Shown: one piece after another, positions 9,272-18,089 of the stretch
Position numbering within the stretch: the first letter of the stretch is position 1
Layout of the letters: each line of letters begins with the position of its first letter
Assembly (NCBI GenBank): GCA_963702005.1
Contig: OY969696.1
Coordinates: 2,336,001 to 2,400,000, forward strand
Source of the DNA: Candidatus Aminicenantes bacterium
GTDB taxonomy: Bacteria > Acidobacteriota > Aminicenantia > Aminicenantales > JAFGBC01
DNA: 64,000 nucleotides
Direction: 5' to 3'
The notes under the pieces: generated by a model
Database searches by the model: none
What the model saw: the letters and a program-made list of their open reading frames with translations, nothing else
What the model was told of the DNA's origin: nothing
Program-made: the position numbers and the translations under genes

Positions 9272-10711
9272 ATGAAAAAGGCATTCATTTTTGGAGGACT
9301 CCTGTTCTGCGTTGCGGCAGCGGCCTCCTTGCAGGCCCAATGGGCCAAGACCTACGGCGGGAAGGGGGACGACCGGGCTTGGTCCGTGATCCAGGACGCA
9401 TCCGGGAATTTTGTCCTGGCCGGGATGAGCGAGTCCTTCGGGAACGGGCAGAGGAACATCTGGATTCTGAAATTGTCGTCTCAGGGCAAGGTCCTCTGGC
9501 AAAGAACGTACGCCAGCGACTCTTCCCCAAACCCGAGCGTCACCGACGAGGCGTTTTCGATCGATCTGGCCGGGGACGGGCGGTATATCATAGCCGGAAC
9601 AACAACGGATATAGACAGGTATTCTGATACACGAGGCAGGTATTATCCTTATATCGATTACCTCAAGCTCAGGACGGACGGCGCCGTTCATTGGCAGAAG
9701 AAGGTGCCGCCGATCATTAATATTCCCGACCGGGCCATTTGGCAAACGACTTTGGAATCGGCCCGTTGCCTTCGCCGGTCAGGCGACGGCAGCTTTATCC
9801 TGGTCGGCCAACTCCAGTGGGGAGAACTCCACGATTTTATCCACTGGCGTACTTATGCTCCTGAAGTTTACGCCTTAAAAATAGATAGCCAGGGAATCGT
9901 CAGGTTCAGGAAGACTTATGGGAGTAGCCTCACAACGGACGATTCCGCGCTCTCGGCCGTCCCCCTCCCGGCGGGCGGATATTTGATCTCCGGCCGGGCG
10001 AAGCTGGCCGGGAGACACGATTACGAGTTTTTACTCCTCAAGATCGGCTACTCGGGGGACGTCGATTGGTCATATTCCTACGGCGGCGCCGGAACCGATG
10101 AAGCGCAGGAGATAGCCCTGACCGATGATGGGGGCTGCGTCCTGGCCGGGCCGACCAACTCGTTCGGGTCGGGAGGCTATGACGCCTGGATCCTCAAGCT
10201 CGACGACTCGGGGCAGATTCAGTGGCAGAAAGCCTACGGCGGTCCCAAGGACGATTATGCTCACGCCATACAGAAGACTTGGGACGGCGGCTATATCGTG
10301 GCCGGCTCGACGTCATCCTTCGGGTCGGGCAATGAGGACGCCTGGGTCTTCAAGCTGGATAAGGACGGGAATCTCGTTTGGGAGAAGACCTACGGGGGGA
10401 AGGGCCTGGACGGGGCCTGGGCCGTCCGGGAGATAAGGCCGAGCGGATATCTCGTTGTCGGGAAGGCGGCTTCTTATGGGGCGGGCGGAGACGACGCCCT
10501 GGTATTAAGGCTGGATAAGAACGGCAACATCGATGCTTCATGCGGGTCCTTTATCGGGACCTCGGCGGCCAAGGTCAAGAAGACGAAGTGTTCCCCCAAT
10601 CCGATGTCGATGGGAGTGTCCGAACATAGTAACGGGCCGTTTGAATTCTCGGCGGATTTAATTCGGTTTCCCGCCAAGGGCTCGCCGACCGTCATCTGCA
10701 AGAAAAAGTGA
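9272..10711 (+). CDS. Exported beta-propeller repeat protein (WxKTYGG repeats), paralog 1
   Basis: AGGAGG SD, signal peptide, repeats WQKAYGG..DD.A..I..T.DGGYIVAG.T.SFG.G..DAWV.KLD. Confidence 0.75.
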   Translation: MKKAFIFGGLLFCVAAAASLQAQWAKTYGGKGDDRAWSVIQDASGNFVLAGMSESFGNGQRNIWILKLSSQGKVLWQRTYASDSSPNPSVTDEAFSIDLAGDGRYIIAGTTTDIDRYSDTRGRYYPYIDYLKLRTDGAVHWQKKVPPIINIPDRAIWQTTLESARCLRRSGDGSFILVGQLQWGELHDFIHWRTYAPEVYALKIDSQGIVRFRKTYGSSLTTDDSALSAVPLPAGGYLISGRAKLAGRHDYEFLLLKIGYSGDVDWSYSYGGAGTDEAQEIALTDDGGCVLAGPTNSFGSGGYDAWILKLDDSGQIQWQKAYGGPKDDYAHAIQKTWDGGYIVAGSTSSFGSGNEDAWVFKLDKDGNLVWEKTYGGKGLDGAWAVREIRPSGYLVVGKAASYGAGGDDALVLRLDKNGNIDASCGSFIGTSAAKVKKTKCSPNPMSMGVSEHSNGPFEFSADLIRFPAKGSPTVICKKK

Positions 10712-10954
10712 TAGAAATTCCGATCGACTCTCGCCCCTTACTATCCTTGATTTTACAGGCGAGACGGTGGAAAGGTTGGGGCAAAGACAAGCTTTTATAT
10801 CTCCGTGAGGCCTTTGACCCGGCCTCTAAGCCCGATGGGCGGCCCTGTCTAATGTCGAATCTTGACATCCCGACCGAAAAGGCCCATTAATAAAAGAGAA
10901 AGGGAAGAGGGGCGTAGCTCCGAAGACGGAGATTACTTAATTTTTGGGGGGAGC

Positions 10955-12343
10955 ATGAAAAACAAAGTGTTCGCGTTGGGAATTTTGCTTTGCTTGGGCG
11001 CGTCGATATCTCTTCAAGCCCAATGGGCTAAGACCTTCGGCGGAAAAAGGAATGACCGGGCCTGGTCCGTGATCCAGGACGCGGACGGGAATTTCGTCCT
11101 GGCCGGGACGGCCGAATCCTTCGGGAAGGGGACGAAGGATATGTGGATTTTTAAATTATCCCCCGAGGGCAAGATTTTCTGGCAAAGAACCTACGGTGAT
11201 AACCCCTACTGGGCACCGAACGATGAGGCGTTTTCGATTCAGCTGACCAGGGACGGGCGATATATCGTGGCGGGAATTACGGAGGACTCCATCGACTACC
11301 TCAAGTTTAAAACCAGCGGCGAGATTGATTGGCAGAAATATGTACCGCAGATGGGGTATCACGATCCAGAACTGGAATACTGGAGCGAGGAATCGGCTCA
11401 GTGCATTCGTCAATCCGCGGACGGCTGTTATATCGCCGTCGGCTCTCTGTGCTGGGCTTGGCGGTGGCTTTGGACCGGAAAACACGGAGAAACCAGTCCC
11501 GGCGTCTACGCCGTAAAAACGGATAGCCGGGGAGCCATCAAGTTCCGGAAAAACTACGGGGGGAACGGCTCCGCGACCTCGGTCGCCGCCGTTCCGGGCG
11601 GAGGATATCTCATGGCCGGCTGGACGAAGTCGTTCGGGATGGGCGATTCTGATTTTTGGCTTCTTAGGATCGATTACACGGGCGAGCTGATTTGGCAATA
11701 TTCCTATGGGGGCATCGGAACAGACGAGGCTCATGACATGGCTTTGACGGCCGACGGGGGCTGCATCCTGGCCGGTCCGACCCGGTCATTCGGGGCCGGC
11801 GGCAACGACGCCTGGGTGATCAAGCTTGACGCTGCGGGCAAGATCCAATGGCAGAAAGCTTATGGAGGCCCTAAGGACGATTATGCCCACGCCATCCGAA
11901 AGACCCGAGACGGAGGCTACATCGTGGCCGGCTCGACTTCGTCGTTCGGGGCGGGCGATTACGATGCCTGGGTCTTCAAGCTGGATAAGAACGGCAATCT
12001 CGTCTGGCAAAAAACATATGGCGGGAAGAAATACGACGGCGCTTGGTCCGTCCAGGAAATCAAGCCGAGCGGCTATATCGTGGCCGGCAAGACGGCCTCC
12101 TACGGCGCGGGCGGGGACGACGACCTGGTGCTAAGGTTGGATAAGAATGGGAACATCGACGCCTCCTGCGCAAGTTTTATCGGCCTTTCCAAGGCTATCG
12201 TTACAACAACGAAATGTTCGGCCAACCGGACGACGACGAGCCTCACAAACTATGTTTATGATTATTTTTTTGGGAATGACGCGCACCTTCTTCGACTCCC
12301 GGCCAAGGGCTCGCCGACGGTCATCTGCAAAAAAGCCCAGTGA
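10955..12343 (+). CDS. Exported beta-propeller repeat protein (WxKTYGG repeats), paralog 2
   Basis: Same repeat architecture; strongly similar to 9272-10711, including C-terminal PAKGSPTVICKK. Confidence 0.75.
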   Translation: MKNKVFALGILLCLGASISLQAQWAKTFGGKRNDRAWSVIQDADGNFVLAGTAESFGKGTKDMWIFKLSPEGKIFWQRTYGDNPYWAPNDEAFSIQLTRDGRYIVAGITEDSIDYLKFKTSGEIDWQKYVPQMGYHDPELEYWSEESAQCIRQSADGCYIAVGSLCWAWRWLWTGKHGETSPGVYAVKTDSRGAIKFRKNYGGNGSATSVAAVPGGGYLMAGWTKSFGMGDSDFWLLRIDYTGELIWQYSYGGIGTDEAHDMALTADGGCILAGPTRSFGAGGNDAWVIKLDAAGKIQWQKAYGGPKDDYAHAIRKTRDGGYIVAGSTSSFGAGDYDAWVFKLDKNGNLVWQKTYGGKKYDGAWSVQEIKPSGYIVAGKTASYGAGGDDDLVLRLDKNGNIDASCASFIGLSKAIVTTTKCSANRTTTSLTNYVYDYFFGNDAHLLRLPAKGSPTVICKKAQ

Positions 12344-12405
12344 GGGAATTCCCCTGCGTTGCTTCTTTCAGACTCGGGACGAGGGAAGAAAAGCGGGGGG
12401 AGGGA

Positions 12406-12669
12406 TTAGCAGCAGGAAGGGCTGCCGTCGCAATTCCCGCCCCGGGCGACGGCATAGGCGCAGCCGACTCCAGGATTGACCGCGACCGCGGCGAAGGGGC
12501 AGTTCCGGCTGCAGGCACCGCATTCCATGCAGGCGTCCCGGTCGGCGATTGCGACCTTGCCGTTCGAGGCCGTCAGCACGCCGTGGGGGCAGACATCCAG
12601 GCAGCGGAGGCAGCCGGTGCACTTGGACTCATCCAAGCTCAAGGTCACGACGTTCTTTAAATACTTCAT
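12406..12669 (-). CDS. hgcB: Mercury methylation 2[4Fe-4S] ferredoxin HgcB
   Basis: MKYLKNVVTL start, two CxxCxxCxxxCP motifs, GVGCA and terminal CC; 7 bp downstream of hgcA. Confidence 0.95.
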   Translation of the reverse strand: MKYLKNVVTLSLDESKCTGCLRCLDVCPHGVLTASNGKVAIADRDACMECGACSRNCPFAAVAVNPGVGCAYAVARGGNCDGSPSCC

Positions 12670-12676
12670 GGGAGCC

Positions 12677-13693
12677 TCAGGATATAAAGGAGATTACGAT
12701 CCCGGCCAGGATCAGGATCGACAGCACGGGGACGGCGATCCTCATCTCTTTTTTGACGCCGGACAAGGACGTGAATGTCGATGAGCCGGTGAAGAAGAGC
12801 GAGAGGAACGAGGCGATGGCCGGAAGGATGGCAAGTTGGGCCGCCGTGCCCGTCGCTCCGAACCGGAATACGCGCGTGTAGATCAAGGCGGCGACAAAGC
12901 CGAAAAGCCAGCCTTTGAAGGCGAAGGATCGGCCCGGGATCCAGGGAAGGAGCGCGGGAACGATGATCGCCCCGGCCAGGATCGCTCCGGCGTAGGGGAG
13001 GAAGGCCGTCCCCAAGTTCCAATTCGCGGCGCCCGCGGACAGATGATGCCGCAGCCAGAGAAAGCCCAGGATGGGAAGCGCGACCATCCATGCATGGAAG
13101 AGCTCGATCGGCGTCAGGGCGAGCCGATCCTTGAAGCCGAAAGTGACTCTCCGCATGGCGGGATCGGCCAGGCATCCCCGGCGAAGGAATTCGGGGAGGT
13201 CGGCGGCCCGGACCGGCCCGTAGACGACCTTGAAACCCGTGAGCCGCGTGACTTCATGGGCCGCGACGCCGGGGGCTGAGAGCTGGGGCAGGATGAGCCG
13301 GCGGTGACGGACGAGCCCCGGGACTCCGCAGGCCAGCAACCTTTGGGAGACCTCTCCCGCCGAGAAAGTCCCCTTGCCCGCGGCGCACCAGACGTTGATG
13401 CCCTTGGTATCGACGACCAGGATCCAGGCGTCGATCCCGGCCAGCCGGGTCCGGAGGCGGTCGAAGCTGATCCTGTAATTGGCGCTGACCAGGACGGGGG
13501 AGTCGGGATCAGGGGCGCCGACGGCGTAAAGCCCCGGCGCGATCGTATAGCGCATCCGGAAATAGCCCCAGCGGGCGAGGACGTTGCGAATCCGCTCCAG
13601 GAGTCTGAGCCGGACCGATACGACAGGGATCGAGCCCGACCCCGTTGCCAGCTTGCTGATGATGAATCCAGGAATCTTGCCTGATCGTCTCAT
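12677..13693 (-). CDS. hgcA: Mercury methylation corrinoid protein HgcA
   Basis: Cap-helix motif TKGINVWCAAGKGTF, PQLSAPGVAAH, YGPVRAADLP, C-terminal transmembrane helices with FTGSSTFTSLSGVKKEM; adjacent hgcB. Confidence 0.97.
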   Translation of the reverse strand: MRRSGKIPGFIISKLATGSGSIPVVSVRLRLLERIRNVLARWGYFRMRYTIAPGLYAVGAPDPDSPVLVSANYRISFDRLRTRLAGIDAWILVVDTKGINVWCAAGKGTFSAGEVSQRLLACGVPGLVRHRRLILPQLSAPGVAAHEVTRLTGFKVVYGPVRAADLPEFLRRGCLADPAMRRVTFGFKDRLALTPIELFHAWMVALPILGFLWLRHHLSAGAANWNLGTAFLPYAGAILAGAIIVPALLPWIPGRSFAFKGWLFGFVAALIYTRVFRFGATGTAAQLAILPAIASFLSLFFTGSSTFTSLSGVKKEMRIAVPVLSILILAGIVISFIS

Positions 13694-14175
13694 GCTTTCT
13701 TCCTTACGGCCGCCGTTTTAGGCCCGGTCGCCGGGCAGCAAGCCCGGCCGGGCGCCAAGGCGTCGGCGAGGAGAGCGATCGCCTCGGTGACCAGGCCTCG
13801 TTTTGCGGCGGGAATCCGTCCGAACATAGCCCTGACCTCGCGGCCTCCTTGGCGGTTGATGTCGGCCGCGGCCCGCCGTCCTCGGGCGGTCAGGGACAGG
13901 CGCTGGCTGCGCCGGTCGCCCGGTACGGCGCGCCGCTCGACCAGGCCGGCCCGGACCAAGCTCTCGATCGTCCGGCTCAGAGTGCTTTTGTCCAAGCCCA
14001 GATCGCCGGCCAGGGCCGTCACCCGGGTCTCTCCCATCTCCTCGACGGCCAGGAGGACGTGGACTTGGGCCATCGTCACTCCGCAGCAGACGGCGTCGAG
14101 GTCGAGGCTGCCGGCCATGGCCCGCTCGAGCCGGCGCAGGGAGCGGCGCAACTCCTTGAGCGTTTCCTCGTTCAA
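13690..14175 (-). CDS. MarR-family transcriptional regulator with two Cys-Cys pairs
   Basis: wHTH LDKSTLSRTIESLVRAGLVER..DRR; AVCCG and ACCP; probable TTG start 14175 after GGAG; stop overlaps hgcA ATG. Confidence 0.88.
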   Translation of the reverse strand: MNEETLKELRRSLRRLERAMAGSLDLDAVCCGVTMAQVHVLLAVEEMGETRVTALAGDLGLDKSTLSRTIESLVRAGLVERRAVPGDRRSQRLSLTARGRRAAADINRQGGREVRAMFGRIPAAKRGLVTEAIALLADALAPGRACCPATGPKTAAVRKKA

Positions 14176-14236
14176 GTTGTAATCTCCAATAGTTTCATTA
14201 TACAACAATAATAGGGTCGGCCAGGCGCTTTGTCAA
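14176..14236 (-). promoter_or_regulatory. Sigma70 promoter and candidate MarR operator for marR-hgcA-hgcB
   Basis: TTGACA (14236-14231), 17 bp, TATTAT (14213-14208); imperfect palindrome 14189-14209; GTTGTA/TACAAC inverted pair at 14176-14181 and 14201-14206. Confidence 0.7.
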
Positions 14237-14258
14237 GTGGTTTTTTGGGCGGCGGCCG

Positions 14259-14891
14259 TCAGCGCTTGGGGCGGCCGATATATATGTTGTCCTCGGCCAG
14301 GAAGGTCTCGACCCTGACAAGCTCGTAGCCGGCTTCGTCCAGACAGCGGGCCATGGCTTCCCGCGAAGTGGCCTCGCCCTTGGACTCGGATTTGGCAGGA
14401 TCGCGCTCCACGATGGCCAGGATGCCCCCGGGTTTGAGGCTGGGGAGAATCGCGACGAGGACGGCCCGGGGTTTCTCCAACTGGTGGTAGACGTTGATCA
14501 TGAAGGCGATGTCCAGGGCCGCTCGCGGCAGGAGGGGATCGTCGGACTTGCCCAGCACGGTCTCGACGTTCTGGAATTTCAGCTTTTTCGTCCGGGCCCA
14601 AAGGTGGTCGAGGACCTCGGCGTCGATGTCGTTGGCGTAGACTTTGCCCTGGGGGCCGACCCGGCGCGCCAGCCAGACCGCGACCCGCCCCGTGCCGGCC
14701 CCGACCTCGGCAATGACCATCCCGGGCTTCAGCCCGATCGCGTCCAGGATCCGCTCCGGGGGCTGGAGCTGGTTGACCCGCTTTTCCCATTCGGCTTCGA
14801 CCAGCTCCTCGTCGGATTGGGCTCTTACGGCCGGGGCGGACAGGATGGTGACGATCGAAAGTAGACACAGGGTCGTGATTGTTCGGTTCAT
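14259..14891 (-). CDS. Class I SAM-dependent methyltransferase with N-terminal signal peptide
   Basis: AEVGAGTG motif I, YANDID, LKPGGILAIVE; hydrophobic N-terminus ending AVRA-Q. Confidence 0.85.
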   Translation of the reverse strand: MNRTITTLCLLSIVTILSAPAVRAQSDEELVEAEWEKRVNQLQPPERILDAIGLKPGMVIAEVGAGTGRVAVWLARRVGPQGKVYANDIDAEVLDHLWARTKKLKFQNVETVLGKSDDPLLPRAALDIAFMINVYHQLEKPRAVLVAILPSLKPGGILAIVERDPAKSESKGEATSREAMARCLDEAGYELVRVETFLAEDNIYIGRPKR

Positions 14892-14996
14892 CGCCATCAC
14901 CTCGGTCCGGACTCCGATCCTATTTTATACCAAATGCGCATCCCATGACATCCTCCTCGATTTGCGGTTCGGTTTCCGATCCTCTACAATCGAGGC

Positions 14997-16544
14997 ATGG
15001 AGCGGCGACGGGGCGCATCGGCCGGGCCGGATGTCATCGTCATCGGCGCGGGCCTGGGCGGGCTTGCCTGCGGAGCGAAGCTCGCCCGGGCGGGCCGCCG
15101 CGTCCTCATCCTGGAACGAAAGCCCCACGCGGGCGGAACCGGCTTTTTTTTTGTGAGGAAGGGCTTTAAATTTCCGATGGGGCCGCTCGGGTTCAGCTTC
15201 CCGGACCGCGTCCGGGCCTTCCTGGCTGAAGCGGGCGCGGACGCGGCCCTGGTTTTCCGCCGCAGCCACTTCCAATTCCTCTCGCCCGCCCTCGACCTCG
15301 TCTATTCCCGCCCGCTGCCCGAGATCGAGGCGGCGCTGTCCGCCGCTTTTCCCGCCGAAGCCGCGGGCCTGGCCCGATTCATGGCTGAGCTCGACGCCTG
15401 CGTCCGGACCGTCCGTTCCGCGGCCGACCTCAACCCGGATTTCCTGGCCGGAGGGCGGCGGACGGCGGCCCTCGCGTCCGGGACGGAAGCGAGCGATTCC
15501 GGACTTAAAAGCGGGGAAGCCTGTCCTGATGTTCCTTCGGCCGAAAGGCTCGCCTTACACCTTGGCGACGCCAACCTTCGCAATTTTCTGGGTTCGATGG
15601 GGAGCGCCGAGCCGCGCCTCTCCCTTGTCCACCTTGCCTTCATGTGGGCGATCATGGCCGAAGAGGGGATCTGGTTCCCCGACGTCGGGATCCATGGGCT
15701 GACCGAGCGGCTGGAGGAAGCGTTCCTGGCGGCGGGAGGAGAGCTCCGGCTGGGGACGCCCGTCCGCGCGATCGTGACCTCGGGAGGCCGGGCGACCGGC
15801 GTCGTCACGGAGGGCGGCGAGACGATCGAAGGCGGCTGGATCGTCTCAAACGCCGACGCCAAGAGGACGCTTCTCGAACTGGCCGGGAGCGGCGCGCTCG
15901 ATCCGGCCGAGCGGGAGCGAATCCGGAGCGTCCCTTACTCGGACTCCGAGTTCTGCGTCTATCTCGGCCTCGACCCGGGCCGGGTCGACTGGAGGCGGAT
16001 GAAGGCGCGGCATCTTTTTTTCCGGAAAGGACTCCATCCCGGCCGCCCCTCCGGCCCCGAGGATTTCGAGGAGCGCGAGATCGAAATCTGCCGCTGGGGG
16101 GAAGGGACTCCGGACCTCGTTCCCGCCGGCAAAGCCGCCCTTGTCCTTCGGGTGGGCTTCCCCTACGACTATTTCGCGTCTTGGCGAACCGGGGACAAGA
16201 TGCGGCGCGTAGGCTATCGCGAATACAAGCTGGGTTTGGCCGGCAGGCTGATCGAGACCATCGAGGCCGCTCTGCCCGGGCTGTCCACAGCGGTCGAAGT
16301 CATGGAGGTGGCTACGCCCTTGACCTACCTGGACTGGGGCGGGCGGTCCTTGGGCTCGATCGCGGGTTGGGCCTGGTCGGCCGAAAGCTTGAGAGCCTTT
16401 CCTCAAAAACTCCTGGTCGAGACCTCGCTCCCCAACCTGCTCCTGGCCGGAGTCTACGCCGTCTCGGAGCTTTTCCTGGGCGGCGTCCCGACCGCCCTTC
16501 ACACCGGGCTTTTGGCCGCGGACCTCATCCTCGAACGAAGCTGA
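14997..16544 (+). CDS. Phytoene desaturase family FAD-dependent oxidoreductase
   Basis: DVIVIGAGLGGL..ILER Rossmann motif, VSNAD, ATPLTY, LPNLLLAG..GGVP. Confidence 0.8.
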   Translation: MERRRGASAGPDVIVIGAGLGGLACGAKLARAGRRVLILERKPHAGGTGFFFVRKGFKFPMGPLGFSFPDRVRAFLAEAGADAALVFRRSHFQFLSPALDLVYSRPLPEIEAALSAAFPAEAAGLARFMAELDACVRTVRSAADLNPDFLAGGRRTAALASGTEASDSGLKSGEACPDVPSAERLALHLGDANLRNFLGSMGSAEPRLSLVHLAFMWAIMAEEGIWFPDVGIHGLTERLEEAFLAAGGELRLGTPVRAIVTSGGRATGVVTEGGETIEGGWIVSNADAKRTLLELAGSGALDPAERERIRSVPYSDSEFCVYLGLDPGRVDWRRMKARHLFFRKGLHPGRPSGPEDFEEREIEICRWGEGTPDLVPAGKAALVLRVGFPYDYFASWRTGDKMRRVGYREYKLGLAGRLIETIEAALPGLSTAVEVMEVATPLTYLDWGGRSLGSIAGWAWSAESLRAFPQKLLVETSLPNLLLAGVYAVSELFLGGVPTALHTGLLAADLILERS

Positions 16545-16560
16545 GCGTCCTCCTCGCGGA

Positions 16561-17430
16561 TTATCTCCAGACGTTGAATTTCTTGATGAGATGATCGGGG
16601 TGGTAGGATTGTTTGGCCCGCCGCAGCCCCTCGATCCCCATATCCTGTTCCCGGTTGATGGCGGCGAATCCCGGCCAGGCGTTCCGGACGAACTCGCGGT
16701 TGATGAGCTGGGCCAGGCCGTCGAAGGAAGGGTCGACGATCTCGATCATGATGACGGCCGTTTCCCGGTTGAGGCGGCCGCCGACCGAAAATGCGGCCAG
16801 ATGGCCGTCGACCTCGATCCCCCCGCCCTTGAGGCCGAGTTCCCCGAAATGGAGCAGGGCTTCTCCGACGACCGCACGCTGGGCCTCGAGATCCCATCCG
16901 TTGCCCGCCTTGGCCTCGAGCCAGTCGTCGAGGAGGCGGCGGCATTCGACGAGGCAATCGCCGCCGACCTCGACGTAGCGGTATCCGTGCTCCCTCTCGA
17001 ATTTGCGAATCCGGTTTCGCTTGCCGTCGTACTTTTTTCCTTTGAGCTCGGCCAGGTCCGAGTTCCGGTAGACATAGTCGAAATTGGCGGGATCGGGCTC
17101 CGACTTGAAATCCGGGCCGAGACTTAGGACCACGGATTCGGGAACCCGGCTGAGCCGGGGGGCGAGCGTCAGGCAGTCTTCGATCGTCTCCCGAAACGGC
17201 TCCTCGCCGACGGGCGGAAGGACAAAGGGCGGTTCGCCGGGCGGTTCGAACAGGATGCACAGGCGGCCGCGGATGATGGTCCAGTGCGGTTTCTCGATGG
17301 ACCGCCAGATGAAGATATTGGCAAAGCTGAGCTCGCAGACCTCGGGCGGGAATCTCTCCAGATAGCCGGTGATGAGGTCCATGTCTTCAAGGCCGACCGG
17401 CTTGAGAGCGGGGAAGTCGGGCGCGCTCAA
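16561..17430 (-). CDS. DUF2156 / phosphatidylglycerol lysyltransferase C-terminal-like protein
   Basis: ELSFANIFIW, DYVY...LKGKKYDGKRN, INREQDMGIEGLRRAKQSYHP; TTG start coupled to the GNAT stop. Confidence 0.85.
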   Translation of the reverse strand: MSAPDFPALKPVGLEDMDLITGYLERFPPEVCELSFANIFIWRSIEKPHWTIIRGRLCILFEPPGEPPFVLPPVGEEPFRETIEDCLTLAPRLSRVPESVVLSLGPDFKSEPDPANFDYVYRNSDLAELKGKKYDGKRNRIRKFEREHGYRYVEVGGDCLVECRRLLDDWLEAKAGNGWDLEAQRAVVGEALLHFGELGLKGGGIEVDGHLAAFSVGGRLNRETAVIMIEIVDPSFDGLAQLINREFVRNAWPGFAAINREQDMGIEGLRRAKQSYHPDHLIKKFNVWR

Positions 17431-17837
17431 CGGCCCCTCCGGACTAAAACGGCACAGCGGGCGACTTCGCAGCCGTCGCACCAGCCGACGGGCCTGGTCT
17501 GGAGCGATCGGGGGACGGTCGGGGCCGGGACGAATCCGAGCGAGGCGAACACCTCCGGCTTGATCGTCGCTAGATAGATGTCTCCGGAGACCTCGGCCAG
17601 GACCGCGGCGATGAGGGCGGTGGCCGTCCCTCGGCCGCGAAATTCTTCGGCGACGCCGACCGCGCAGAATTCACGGCTGTCGGGATGCTGTTTGAGCCCG
17701 CAGGTGGCGATGACGGCGCCGTCCGCCTCCGCGATCCAGAACGGGTCGTCTTCCATTCCGGGATAATCGAGGCCGAGCCTCTCGGCCAGCCGGCGGACGG
17801 CGGACCGGTCCTTGGCTTCCGAACGGCGGATACGCAT
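17427..17837 (-). CDS. GNAT family N-acetyltransferase
   Basis: VGVAEEFRGRGTATALI acetyl-CoA motif, FASLGF; C-terminal WCDGC..C. Confidence 0.8.
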   Translation of the reverse strand: MRIRRSEAKDRSAVRRLAERLGLDYPGMEDDPFWIAEADGAVIATCGLKQHPDSREFCAVGVAEEFRGRGTATALIAAVLAEVSGDIYLATIKPEVFASLGFVPAPTVPRSLQTRPVGWCDGCEVARCAVLVRRGR

Positions 17838-17930
17838 GAGCGGCTATTATACCGGAAATAGCTCCTTGCGACCTATAGCCGCTTCAAATCGTATCCGTTC
17901 AGGGTTGACCCGTTCGCCGACGGCAGCCTT

Positions 17931-17974
17931 GCAGCACTCAGACTAAGCCGAAAACGGCTTAGTCTGGGTACTGC
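17931..17974. repeat. Long imperfect palindrome (REP-like hairpin)
   Basis: Perfect 11-bp stem agactaagccg-aaaa-cggcttagtct, extendable to about 20 bp with gcag/ctgc. Confidence 0.65.
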
Positions 17975-18089
17975 GAAACGCCTGCACTCATGGATTTCAT
18001 GAGGTAACATGATAGCGAAACGCACCCCCTGACGGGTAATGCTGTGATAGATTACACGTCGACTCAAATTCTTTTAAGGAGGTGCGCAG

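Noticed and set aside
6745-12343. Periodic DNA similarity as a CRISPR array or DGR template/variable repeat
   Set aside because: The repeats are degenerate protein-coding propeller blades; no spacers, cas genes or reverse transcriptase in the window
12677-13693. HgcA as a CO dehydrogenase/acetyl-CoA synthase gamma subunit, or as a selenocysteine variant
   Set aside because: The TM domain, cap helix and adjacent hgcB support HgcA; the cap-helix residue is TGC (Cys) with no in-frame TGA
14259-14891. Arsenite methyltransferase ArsM
   Set aside because: Lacks the conserved catalytic cysteine set and carries a signal-like N-terminus
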